23,781 nucleotides of DNA from Octopus sinensis (GCF_006345805.1 NW_021836562.1:1-23781); one strand, 5' to 3'; shown: positions 11,531 through 22,111, numbered from the stretch's first letter. A program made the numbers and translations. Notes: generated by a model from the letters alone, not told the origin.

Positions 11531-11592
11531 ACATTTATATTCTGTTATTCTTTTATATGTTTCAGCCTTGAGGTTGTGGCCATGCTGGATCA

Positions 11593-11905
11593 TGTGTGTG
11601 TGTGTGTGTGTGTCTATCTGTCTGTCTGTCTGTATGTATATATGTATATGTATGTGTGTGAACAATATTTTCAACAGATGTGTTGCAAATGTATCTGATT
11701 GTTCTCAAGCTTCAATACTGTGTGTGTGTATGTGTGTGTGTGTATGTATGTATATGTATGTATGTATGTATATGTATGTATGTGTGTATGTATGTATGTG
11801 TGTGTATGTATGTGTGTGTATGTGTGTGTGTGTATGTATGTATGTATGTATTATGTATGTATGTATGGTATGTATGTATGTATTATGTATGTATGTATGA
11901 GTGTA
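11593..11905. repeat. (TG)n/(TATG)n compound microsatellite
   Basis: Directly visible. Confidence 0.95.
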
Positions 11906-11919
11906 TGTTTACTTTATTA

Positions 11920-12385
11920 CTAACACAAGCCACTACGGTTATTTAATGTAAAGTCTTCCTCAAATCACTCTCTCTCTCGCCTATTACTCTCTCTTCCCAG
12001 AACATTTTCACTCACTCTTAGCTCTTAGCTTCCCATACATTTTACTCATGTATCTATCAGCGTCATAGACAGAATACTTTCAGTTTAGTCTTCCTCAAGT
12101 CACTCTGTCGCTATTTACTTTCATTTTATTCGTTGCACACTGTGTGTGTGCGTTTGCGTGTGGTGTAAACCAGACTAAGAAAAGCATTTGACACACACAC
12201 CAGAATGTGAGTTTTCTGTAAATTTTGCTTAATTGGAGTTTAAATTTTAAAAACTGGACCTGGCATGACGCGATGCATTGTACTCTTAAAAATGCTAGGT
12301 AAATTGTAATTGAAGAAATCCTATATTGTAGATTTGTATAACTCCCAAAGGGAGGCAGATAAAATCTGCTTTTTATAATAAGAGA
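11920..12385 (-). mobile_element. Probable non-autonomous Helitron-like element (different family)
   Basis: Minus strand begins A|TCTCTTATTATAAAAG and ends AACCGTAGTGGGCTTGTGTTAG|T, a degenerate hairpin with a CTAG-like end. Internal direct repeat TCTTCCTCAA.TCACTCT at 11954 and 12089. Confidence 0.5.
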
Positions 12386-12420
12386 TAATATAAGATACTT
12401 ATATATATATATATATATAT

Positions 12421-12626
12421 AAATTGATGAGGGAAATCAACGGATGATTTGTTTAGTGTGAATCTTTATTCAGCCTTACGATCGTTTCGACGCATCCAAC
12501 AACTGTTCTTTGGGGTTAGGGTATTGTGCATCTAATCGTGCTGCATCAATCAGTGCAGGCCGTGTCACTTCAGGTGCCTCTCGTTAAAAATGATAGCACA
12601 CTAGATATACTTAGTTCCCTTGGCAT
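12421..12626 (-). mobile_element. (TA)n-flanked element resembling a Penelope-like pseudo-LTR remnant
   Basis: Lies between two TA tracts. The minus strand has a hammerhead-like GAAACGATCGTA followed by AATAAA. Confidence 0.4.
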
Positions 12627-12645
12627 ATATATATATGCGTGTGTG

Positions 12646-12699
<54 letters not shown>

Positions 12700-12739
12700 C
12701 TATATAAATATATATATATATTCATATATACATATATAC

Positions 12740-12772
<33 letters not shown>

Positions 12773-12905
12773 TGTATGTATGTATGTATGTATGTATGAA
12801 TGTGTTTACACACCGAGCTACATATATATCCCTACCCTATCTGCTTCTCTCTTTCTATCTGCCTCTGCCTCTCTCTCTTCTCTCTCTCTCTCTCTCTTTC
12901 TTTCT
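12627..12905. repeat. (TA)n, (TATG)n and (CT)n microsatellites
   Basis: Directly visible. Confidence 0.9.
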
Positions 12906-13118
12906 CTTCATTTCCTCCACACACTCAACTTTATTTTCTTAACCTCATTCACAACAATCCAAAGTTTTTCTCCAACTTCCTCCTTTCCTCCTCCGACAAT
13001 GAGTCCTGCACCACACATTGTCACACTCCACTCTGGATAATGCCTGAATATATCCAAAACTGCGGGTCACCGTAGCGTTGAGTTTTCTATTGAAAATAAG
13101 ACAACAACAAAAAAAAGA

Positions 13119-13140
13119 GGAAGTGACGTCAGAGCAGCTG
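13119..13140. promoter_or_regulatory. Overlapping ETS-CRE composite GGAAGTGACGTCA plus E-box CAGCTG
   Basis: Perfect CRE palindrome TGACGTCA at 13124-13131, overlapped by GGAAGT; CAGCTG at 13135-13140. Lies in apparently unique sequence. Motif match only. Confidence 0.3.
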
Positions 13141-13871
13141 ATGATTTTTTCTGTTTGTGTGCTGAGAGGTGATGCGAAGGAGGCACTCCACAGATGGTTA
13201 TCGAGCCTTGAGATGTTGTGATGCTTGCTAGGTGGTGACTTTTGCCAGGCAGCATAAACGACGTCTGTTCAGAAACGAGGAAACTACAGCGACAGAAGTG
13301 GCGCAGTAGCAGCAGCAGCAGCAGTGACAAAAAACAGCAACAAGAAGAACAACAAAAACAACAATAAAAACAACAACAAAAGCAACAACAAAAACAACAT
13401 AAAAAAATATCAACAAAAAATAATTGCAACTGAAGCAGAAACTAAAAAATAAAAAAAAAAGAAGCCAGAAAAATGTTATTTGTTGTTATTTAGATTATGT
13501 AGATGTAAACATTGACACTGGTTTGGTCATTGGGGAGACGACTGCGATGTAGGAACGTCGACATTTGACCAGCGCCATTTTAAAAGCATTTCAACGTAAT
13601 GATCAAAGTAAAGAGAGGCTGTTGAGGGGTAATCTAAGTGATTCATATTACTAAGGACGGCGGTAACTGTAAAACGATTCTCTTCTGAAGAGATGAAAAG
13701 AATTATTTGGGTGAGAGATGGCGAGTTCAAACAGAACGGGACTCACTGATATGCTTTTAATATTTGTACGTTTTTTTTTTGTTGTTGTTGTTGCTCTTTG
13801 TGTATGTGTGTGTGCGAGCGAGCGAGTATAATTTTTTACAAGAATTCACGTCAGATGCAAATTTGTTTTTC

Positions 13872-14014
13872 TTATATATATATATATATATGTGTGTATT
13901 AACGCATTTATCATATTTATGTTATTTATAAATTGGTGTTTTGTTATATGTGTGCGCGCGCGCGTGCGTGTGAGAGTATCTGTGTGTGTGTGCATGTATA
14001 TGTACCTACATATG

Positions 14015-14079
<65 letters not shown>

Positions 14080-14200
14080 TATTATTATACGCATACATAT
14101 TAGATATACATATAGGTAAGTATAGATCTGTATTATTAATATATATATATATATAATATAAATATATAAGCATGTATGTGTATAATATCTCTTCCTCTAA

Positions 14201-14239
<39 letters not shown>

Positions 14240-14445
14240 ATATATGATATGATATGATATGATATATGTATTTATGTATATTTATGTGTATATAGCCAAC
14301 ATTCTTGCTTCATTTTCTTTTTTTCTTCTTTCCTGAATATTCAATTCTTATATTTTCTTGCGTACACCACACACACACACACATAACACACACACACCCA
14401 CACAACACACACACACACACACAACACACACACACACACACACGT
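13872..14445. repeat. Compound TA/TG/ATT/CA microsatellite field
   Basis: Directly visible. Confidence 0.9.
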
Positions 14446-15258
14446 ATTGTGAGTATATATCTCTGAGATGAGTCAACCATATGCTTACGACTCCACACTA
14501 CGTCACCATTGCGTTCTCTGTTTATATAGCTGATATCTGCTGTTAAGATTTTGTTCTTAGCTCTCGTTTGTGTTTCAGAACATATGGAACAGCAAGAATA
14601 ATGAACCGGTGGAAGCTGTTTTCCCCTGGAAGTACCAACGTACAGATGGCGTATAAGAACAACTTCTTTAATGAAAAGAGATATGAAAAGGATTCGAAAA
14701 CGTAATCTCTACAGAGCATCCGCTTCTGCTTCCCCAAACTTGGAAGATGACAATGGAACGAAAGAAATTTCCTTGGCTCAAAGACAGGCTGGAATATGAC
14801 CATTGTTACTCGTGTCTTTGTTTCTATTCTTTCATGAATTGATTATCAAGATTTAGCCGAAGAGTCACAAGCTGATATATTTAATTCAATTCTGATCTGA
14901 AGTTATAAACCGGCTGTATTCATGGCCAAACCATAGCACATCTATTGACATTCTATAACACACATCTCTCTCTCTTACGGGAATCGAACTTCTGTTTGTT
15001 TGTATGTGTGTTCCTTGATTTTAGACTAAATTACGTGTTTTCGCTAATGCACGCTTAGACATAAGCCTCAAGATGTAAAATTGCTTCCGTGGGGCACGAA
15101 ACCTTGTTGCTTCAAAAAATTTTGTTTATTATTATTATTCCAAGTTTTTTAAAAAAGAGATTGTAATCGTTTATTAACGGGAAGAAAAGGAAAGGACCGC
15201 GCCAGCATCTCACTTCTGGTCCTTTATGTGTGACTAAAAAACAAAAACACTGGTTTTT

Positions 15259-15312
15259 GTTACGGGGACGTAAACACACCAGCATCGGTTGTCAAGTAAT
15301 GTTGGGGGACAG

Positions 15313-15371
<59 letters not shown>

Positions 15372-15471
15372 TATACATATATATACATATGCGACGGGCT
15401 TCTTTCAGTTTCCGTCTACCAAATCCACTCACAAGGCATTGGCCGGTCCGAAGCTATTGTAGAAGACACTT
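15259..15471 (-). mobile_element. Internal fragment of the CORE-like SINE with an expanded (CA)n tract
   Basis: GTTACGGGGACGTAAACACACCAGCATCGGTTG and GCGACGGGCTTCTTTCAGTTTCCGTCTACCAAATCCACTCAC are near-identical to 17595-17740. Both ends are missing. Confidence 0.85.
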
Positions 15472-15587
15472 CATAGCAAAGTAACACACGAGCACAAAAA
15501 CGCTTACACACACACACATACAAATGCAAACACATTCGAGCATATGCATACATACAATTTTGAGACAAACAATCATTCATATCAAGA

Positions 15588-15636
<49 letters not shown>

Positions 15637-15674
15637 TTATATAGAATCAAAATGTGGCACAAGTGAACGACAAT

Positions 15675-16006
15675 CATCATCATCATTGTTCGACCGTGGT
15701 CGAGACAATGGAATTTACCATGCTACGCCAGACTTCACGGTCCATCATGGCATTACGGAGGTCCTGTTGCTGGATGCCTGTATCCCTGGAGATTACATCA
15801 GGGTAGGAGAGTGTGCGCCCTCTGGTATTGCGAGTAGATGGCTTCCAGAGGAGAAGAGTAGAAATTACCTCTTTTTCAGCTCTACAACAATGTCCAGCAA
15901 ACTGGACTCTTCTACCTTTCACAAGAGATGACACAGGTGGCAGTTTCCCGTATATTTGCATTTTGGTTGGATGACGCTTCCACGAGAGATTTTTAGCTTT
16001 CATAAG
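15675..16006 (-). mobile_element. 5'-truncated RTE-clade LINE (ORF2 C-terminus and (TGA)n tail)
   Basis: Open frame LMKAKNLSWKRHPTKMQIYGKLPPVSSLVKGRRVQFAGHCCRAEKEVISTLLLWKP...AMMDREVWRSMV carries the RTE-type LSW..HPT..LPP, FAGHC.R and DR..WR motifs. The stop at 15683-15685 lies in the trinucleotide tail. Candidate TSD GACAAT at 15669-15674 and 16007-16012. Confidence 0.85.
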
Positions 16007-16654
16007 GACAATGGAAGACGGGAAAACAGGAGAAACACGCAACGGACGCGGACATGAATTTACATTCACCAGTTATCGACCGAATATCATCACAGTTTCG
16101 ACACTTTCCGATAATAAAGTCCAATTCGGCGATTTCCGCAACATAAACTGCCGCGGAATAAACGAGTGGACATGACGGACGAGCACGAAGAGGAAGAAAA
16201 AAAGCAGAAAGACAACTAAAATAACAGGGAAAAACTGATATCTCTACACCGAACAACAAACACGATGACTAATGAAGGGAACAGGGAAAATTACTAACTA
16301 ACCAACTCACTAACTAAAAAACTAACTAATTAACTAACTGAACGAATGAAGAAATAAATAAATGAGAACAGTGTCATTGAGTTTAGCAAATAAATGTCAC
16401 ATTCATGGAAGGGAAACTATTCCATGATATAAATTTTCTATCAGAACCGCTTTTTGTTGTTTTTTTTACCATTTTCTTCCTCACTTTTTTTGCTTGCTTT
16501 CAATTTCAAGATTGTTATACGGAGTGTTTATATATAAATCAGTTTCTTGCCTGCTATTAGGACGTGTGTTGTCGTTGATCCAAGGTAATTAAGATATGTA
16601 TCTTTTCAAGTTATTATTTTTTGTGTGTATAAAAATGTAAGATAACATTCGTGA

Positions 16655-16916
16655 ATTATATATACAATCTAGCTATCTATATAAATATATATAATAAATC
16701 TCTCTATATATACATTTATATAAATATATATATAATAAACAATATAATATATATATATATATATATATATTATTTATATTATATATATGCATATATACTT
16801 ATATATATGCGTGTGTATGTGTGTATATATATATAATTATTATTATTATTTGAGAGCATATTATTCCTAACTTACAGGGAAAATTCAATTTAGAAATACT
16901 AAATCAAATTTCACAA

Positions 16917-16960
<44 letters not shown>

Positions 16961-17179
16961 TAGAAAAAAACACCTTTTATCAATTTAAAATGAACAATTA
17001 AATTACACCATCTAGAAAATTACATATAATAGAAATATTAAAATTAAAATATCAATAATATACCGAAGATTACGTAAATTGCAAAATAATAACAAAAACG
17101 TATATATTTGGTATATACGTTATTATTATTAATATTATTATTGTTATTATTGTTATTATTATCATTATTATTATTATTA

Positions 17180-17214
<35 letters not shown>

Positions 17215-17222
17215 TATTATTA

Positions 17223-17271
<49 letters not shown>
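16655..17271. repeat. AT-rich field with (TA)n tracts and a long (ATT)n run at 17119-17271
   Basis: Directly visible. Confidence 0.85.
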
Positions 17272-17393
17272 GGTGCTATTAAGTTGGACATGGCCTGGGC
17301 CAATAATGGCCGAAACCTATCAAAGTATCAAAGTATATATATATATATGCTAGAATAAGAAATCGAAAATCCTTGGTACAGTATTATATCTTT

Positions 17394-18066
17394 GTAAAAT
17401 TGAATAGAAATAGCTTTTCTGATAATTCTTTCACTTTAATAATTAGATTTACTCATTTACTCATTTACTTGTTTCAGTCATTTGACTGCGGCCATGCTGG
17501 AGAACCGCCTTTAGTCGAGCGAATAGACCCCCAGGACTTATTCTTTCTTAGGCCTAGTACTTATTCTATGGGTGTCTTTTACCGAACCGCTAAGTTACGG
17601 AGACGTAAACACACCAGCATCGGTTGTGAAGTAATGTTGGGGGACAGATACACAAACACACACGCACACATACATATACATAGATATATACATATGCGAC
17701 GGGCTTCTTTCAGTTTCCGTCTACCAAATCCACTCACAATTCATTGGTCGGCCCGAAGCTATAGTAGAAGACATTTGCCCAAGGTGCCATGCAGTGGGAC
17801 TGAACCCGGGACGATGTGGGTAGTAAGCAGCACAAAAGGTGACTCTGATGGGAGTTTCTCCTTTAAAAGCGGTTTTCAACCTGATCTTTTTTAGAGCTTG
17901 TTATTCACTGTTTAAAATAAACAGTCCTTATTTAAACAGTGGATAAGAAACTCTACAAAAAGTTGAAGGAGAAACTCCCATCAGCGTCACCTTTTGTGAA
18001 CTTATAAACATCTATTTATTAAAGTGGAGAGAATTATCAGAAAAGCTATTTCTATTCATTTTTTCT
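17394..18066. mobile_element. Fold-back/MITE-like palindromic element interrupted by a SINE in its left arm
   Basis: 17401-17428 is the exact reverse complement of 18031-18058 (28/28). 17831-17863 matches 17966-17998 (32/33). Inner imperfect arms close on a 7-nt loop at 17921-17927. Confidence 0.8.
17448..17830 (-). mobile_element. CORE-like tRNA-derived SINE lacking its A-box end
   Basis: B-box GGTTCAGTCCC, then ACCTTGGGCAAATGTCTTCTACTATAGC (CORE-like), an internal microsatellite, and a tail ending in (AGTAAATG) repeats. Confidence 0.9.
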
Positions 18067-18377
18067 AACATACACAGACACACACACAAAATCATATACA
18101 AATATATATATACATACACACTCACACACACATGTATATATATATATATATGTTGAGAAAAAAGGTCACCAGAATTTTGGAAGAAAATGTTTTTATTTAT
18201 TCATTATTATAGCACTTTCGTTCGTTTCTCGAACTTGTCAAATAGAATTTCCATATTTCTATTCCTGAGCGGTATGCTAATACATTTGTTTGTTTGTGCT
18301 CCACCTGCCTTCGTCTTTTGTTTATTTTCGTAAACCTTCCCGTTATATATATATATATATACATACATATAATGTGT

Positions 18378-18592
18378 TGCATGTGGTTATGGCGTTGCAC
18401 TCACGATCCTGAGATTGTGGTTTCGTTTCCTGGACTAGGCGGCGCATGTTGTTCCTGACCGAAACACTTCATTGCAAGCTGCTCCAGTCCACTTTTCTGA
18501 CAAAAATGAGTTCTACCTGTGACGGACCGGCGTCGCGTCCAGGAAGATGCGCCACGGAAGCCTCCTGTATGAGTCTATATGACTAGAGAATG
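18378..18592 (+). mobile_element. Diverged tRNA-derived SINE (further family)
   Basis: GTGGTTA...CACTCACGATC...GGTTTCGTTTCC head, CORE-like GAAACACTTCA...GCTCCAGTCCAC, then GACGGACCGGCGTCGCGTCCAGG, which resembles the V-SINE-type segment. Confidence 0.65.
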
Positions 18593-18669
18593 ATCCTAAT
18601 CCGATGTAACATATATAAAAGTATATATAAATGTCTATATACATGAATAAGCACTTAAATGCAAGACAA

Positions 18670-18915
18670 AAATAGTACTCGAATACCGAAGATAGAGTAA
18701 TATACTTTTTTATATTATCAAAGCCGCAAAAACACCAGGAAAAAGATGTAATTTGGTGTTTCGCTTTTCCGTTCATCGTACAGTTTTGATTAAGACTGGA
18801 ATAAAATTGTTATTTCATCGATCCCGTTGATCACAACTGTCCTACGGACGGGAATGTGAAACTCTGAGTAACTGTTTTTGTGGTGTTTTTGCAGCTTTAA
18901 TAAAAAAATGTATAT
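18670..18915. mobile_element. Element with two ~85-bp inverted arms, each carrying a decayed hammerhead-like motif
   Basis: The reverse complement of 18835-18915 aligns to 18700-18785 (ATATAC..AAAGC.GCAAAAACACCA..AAAA..GTTTC..TTCC.GT.C..G.ACAGTT). Confidence 0.6.
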
Positions 18916-19017
18916 GTATATATTATATATGTGTGTGTGTGTTTGTGTGCATGTATATATGTATTATGTATGTGTATATGTTTATATAAAAAGATATGCA
19001 ATAATTTTGAGCAAATA

Positions 19018-19115
19018 ACCGGTCTTTGCACTGAGGTTGATTCGTTGAACTAAAACCCCATCAAGGCGGTGCCCAGCATGGCTGCAGTCTAATGACTGGA
19101 AAGAATAAGAGAAAA
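19018..19115 (+). mobile_element. 3' tail fragment of the CORE-like SINE
   Basis: AAGGCGGTGCCCAGCATGGCTGCAGTCTAATGACTGGAA matches the reverse complement of 17470-17512. Confidence 0.75.
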
Positions 19116-19345
19116 GATGGAAGATGAAAAAAAAAAGACATTGATGAAACTTCCATCAGTATTTTAGGCTAATCTATTGTTCAGTCTGTTATTTACTGAA
19201 ATTATTTTGGTGTTGTGTTGTACAATATGTTACCATGGTTACGCGGTATAGATAAATAACACCTGGTCACGTTGTTTGGCACGGTCCTTTTAACCAAACT
19301 AAACAGGAAGCAGCCACGGTAGCTGGTAATACAGCCAACAATGGC

Positions 19346-19595
19346 CAGGAAGGTGTTAAAATGTCGAGGGATCTGGGAAACGGTTTACACCAAACATAGA
19401 TAATTCGTACACAACACAGAAGAGGAAGTACTTAAAATGGCGACCGATCAAGGAAACAGCAGAGTCTAAACACAGTTAAACTGTTAGTAAATTATGAGCA
19501 GGAAGTTGTTCAAATGGCCGTCATACTAAGAGACGATTGCAAGCAGTAGACTGTAGTACGACGAAGAATGACCAGGAAGGCGTTAAAATACCGAT
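19346..19595 (+). repeat. Degenerate ~76-bp tandem repeat with a conserved AGGAAG-N4-TAAAATGGCG-like motif
   Basis: GGAAG at 19348, 19424, 19501 and 19575 (spacings 76, 77, 74). Spacers are partly similar (GATC..GGAAAC, CAGAGTCT.AAAC). Confidence 0.6.
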
Positions 19596-19804
19596 GAATC
19601 TATGAAAGACAGAGTCTGAAACAAGATATGAATTCAGGAAAGATAACAAAACGTTTTTAAAAACGGTTTTCTTGAATTTTAAGTAAATATTTAAATAGCA
19701 AGTTATAAGAAACCATAAAATACATACACATACACTCACAATATCTATACGTGTGTGTGTGCAAATAGATTTTGTCTCACTAATCCATTCTGGTTATTAC
19801 TACC

Positions 19805-19812
19805 TCCTCTCT

Positions 19813-19851
<39 letters not shown>

Positions 19852-19977
19852 TTTCTTTCTCTGTCTGTCTGTCTCTCCTCTTTCCTTCTTTCCTTTCCCA
19901 TACAGTATTTTTAACTCGTCAAACACCTATCACTGTCACAAATTATCTGTTAGTATATAATATTATATATATAGATA

Positions 19978-20036
<59 letters not shown>

Positions 20037-20375
20037 ATAATATATATATATATATATATATCTGTTTGTCTTTCTCTCTGTCTCTCTCATTCCCTCTCCT
20101 TTCTCTTTCTCTGCATATGTATACACACACACACACACACCACACACAACACACACACATATATATATGTGTGTGTGTGTTTGTGTGTGAATGTGTGACT
20201 GTGTGTATGCGTGTGCGCGCATATGTATATACAAAGAGAGAGAGAGAGAGAGTGACAGAGACAGAGAAAAAGAGAAAGAAAGATACAGATAAAGTGAGGA
20301 TAAAACTAGATAATACATTATCTATCTATCTATCTATCTATCTATCCATCTATCTATCCATCCATCCATCCATCC

Positions 20376-20471
<96 letters not shown>

Positions 20472-20710
20472 GAGAGACCTATACATCTATGTGCCTATAC
20501 ATCTGTCTCTATCTTTGTTCGAAAATTGTTCTGTCTGTCTGTCTATCTGTCTGTCTGTCTGTCTCTCTCTCTCTCGCCACCATCCTAAAAGTCTATTCCT
20601 ATTTATCTTCTCTCTCTCTCTCTCCCTCTGTCTCTATCTCCTTCTCTCCCCTCTTTCTCTCTCTCCAGTTAAACCCCTAATCGCCTCTCTCTCTCTCCCC
20701 TCTCCCTTTC
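19805..20710. repeat. Compound (CT)n, (TA)n, (CA)n, (GA)n, (TATC)n and (TCTG)n microsatellite field
   Basis: Directly visible; long (TATC)n at about 20320-20471. Confidence 0.9.
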
Positions 20711-21402
20711 TCTCACAACAATTCCGCCATCTTCACAAATCTCTCCAATTTCACGCCGTTTAGCCGTTTTACTTTCTTCTTCTGATCCATTTTAACTCGT
20801 TCAAACTATTCCCACTGACAACTGGCTTTTCTGCAACACCTCATTATCTGCTCATTAGATAACCGATACTATAATTCCTCCTCGACACACACACACACAC
20901 ACACACGTTTGTGCGTGTATGTATAAATCACACACGCTCATGTTACCACACACGCACGCACACACACACAGAAGCCAGTATCACAACATAAACCATCCAC
21001 TTCTATCGCATCTCTCTCCTCCGCTCCAGCACCACACCACACCAACCCACCCAACCCCAGTCATTATCTTCAGCCTGAAGTCAGACATTTGTCTGTGACA
21101 AGACAGAAGAAAGGTCAAAGCGCTTGTTAGACTAGGAAGCTAACAGAAGCAAGAAGGAAGGTTCGGGACTGTTTGCCTCTCTTTGTCTCTAAAACTGTTT
21201 GTTTATGTTTATTAATACGTCTCATTAAGTTGTTCTCAATATACATACATTTTTATAATGTGTTTATACGTTTGGATTATAAAGTACATACATATATATG
21301 TGTATAATGATGGGCAAACATTTACGTAGTAAGATGTACGCACGTACACACAAAAACAGTCCATTTATCTATCTATCCATGCATTATATTGCACACACAC
21401 AG

Positions 21403-21431
<29 letters not shown>

Positions 21432-21440
<9 letters not shown>

Positions 21441-21990
21441 AATCAAAATGAGGGTGAAAATTGGATATTAATTTGATAACATCAATTTTAACACCAGTGG
21501 TCTAGCGTATAAAAAAATGATATATATATATATAATATAATCAAAAAGGGTAATAACATAGATTATTATTACCAGTGTCCTAGTACAAAAGACGAATTAG
21601 TCATTAGACAAAATATCATTCATATAGAAAAAGATTATTCATATAGCAATATAATTAAGGGCTCCCAAATAAGGATGCCTAGTGCTAGGGACACAAAAAA
21701 GGGATAAATTCATCGAGAGTGAAAATCAAAAACATTTACCAATAACGATGTATCCCGGACTGATCAGTTTCTACCTCTTTCTAGCAAAACAGACATAATC
21801 TGTTTGCTAAGACTGGCTTCGTCAGCGGGACGCCTTTGTTAAAACGAGAAGCACAGAACGTTAGACCATGTGTTGATCTCAACGATTTGTAACTCTTAAC
21901 TTTTCAAATCTCTGCGCAGACGCAAAATATACCCGGCGATATAGGGCATGCCGGGAAAAAATTTTACGCACAAATCTATCAAGTAATATG
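21432..21990 (-). mobile_element. (TA)n-flanked interspersed repeat, probably Penelope-like-derived, carrying a hammerhead fold
   Basis: Homologous blocks with 4100-4520 and 5257-5330; TA tracts on both sides; no ORF. Confidence 0.55.
21753..21830 (-). ncRNA. Type I hammerhead ribozyme candidate
   Basis: Minus strand reads UCCCG-CUGACGA-AGCC...(hairpin UAGCAAACAGA/UCUGUUUUGCUA)...GGUA-GAA-ACUGAUCAGU-C-CGGGA. Stem I is a perfect 5 bp, both core boxes are canonical, stem III is palindromic, and the GUC site lies between 21758 and 21757. The base of stem II is non-canonical (A.A). Confidence 0.6.
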
Positions 21991-22069
21991 TGAATATAAT
22001 CAATATATATATATTATATATATATATAGATATATATATATATATATATATAGATAATATTATATATAT

Positions 22070-22111
<42 letters not shown>
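21990..22111. repeat. (TA)n microsatellite
   Basis: Directly visible. Confidence 0.95.

Noticed and set aside
17295-17335. GGCC-AATAAT-GGCC-GAAAC stem resembling hammerhead stem II
   Set aside because: The CUGANGA box is absent and there is no stem I; at best an unprovable remnant.
17373-17894. 173-aa ORF, with similar peptides at 15230, 7357 and 23547
   Set aside because: They are antisense readings of the same SINE family, not a gene family.
21068-21095. Two adjacent short palindromes, CTTCAGCCTGAAG and CAGACATTTGTCTG
   Set aside because: 6-bp arms are expected by chance in 24 kb, and there is no other support.
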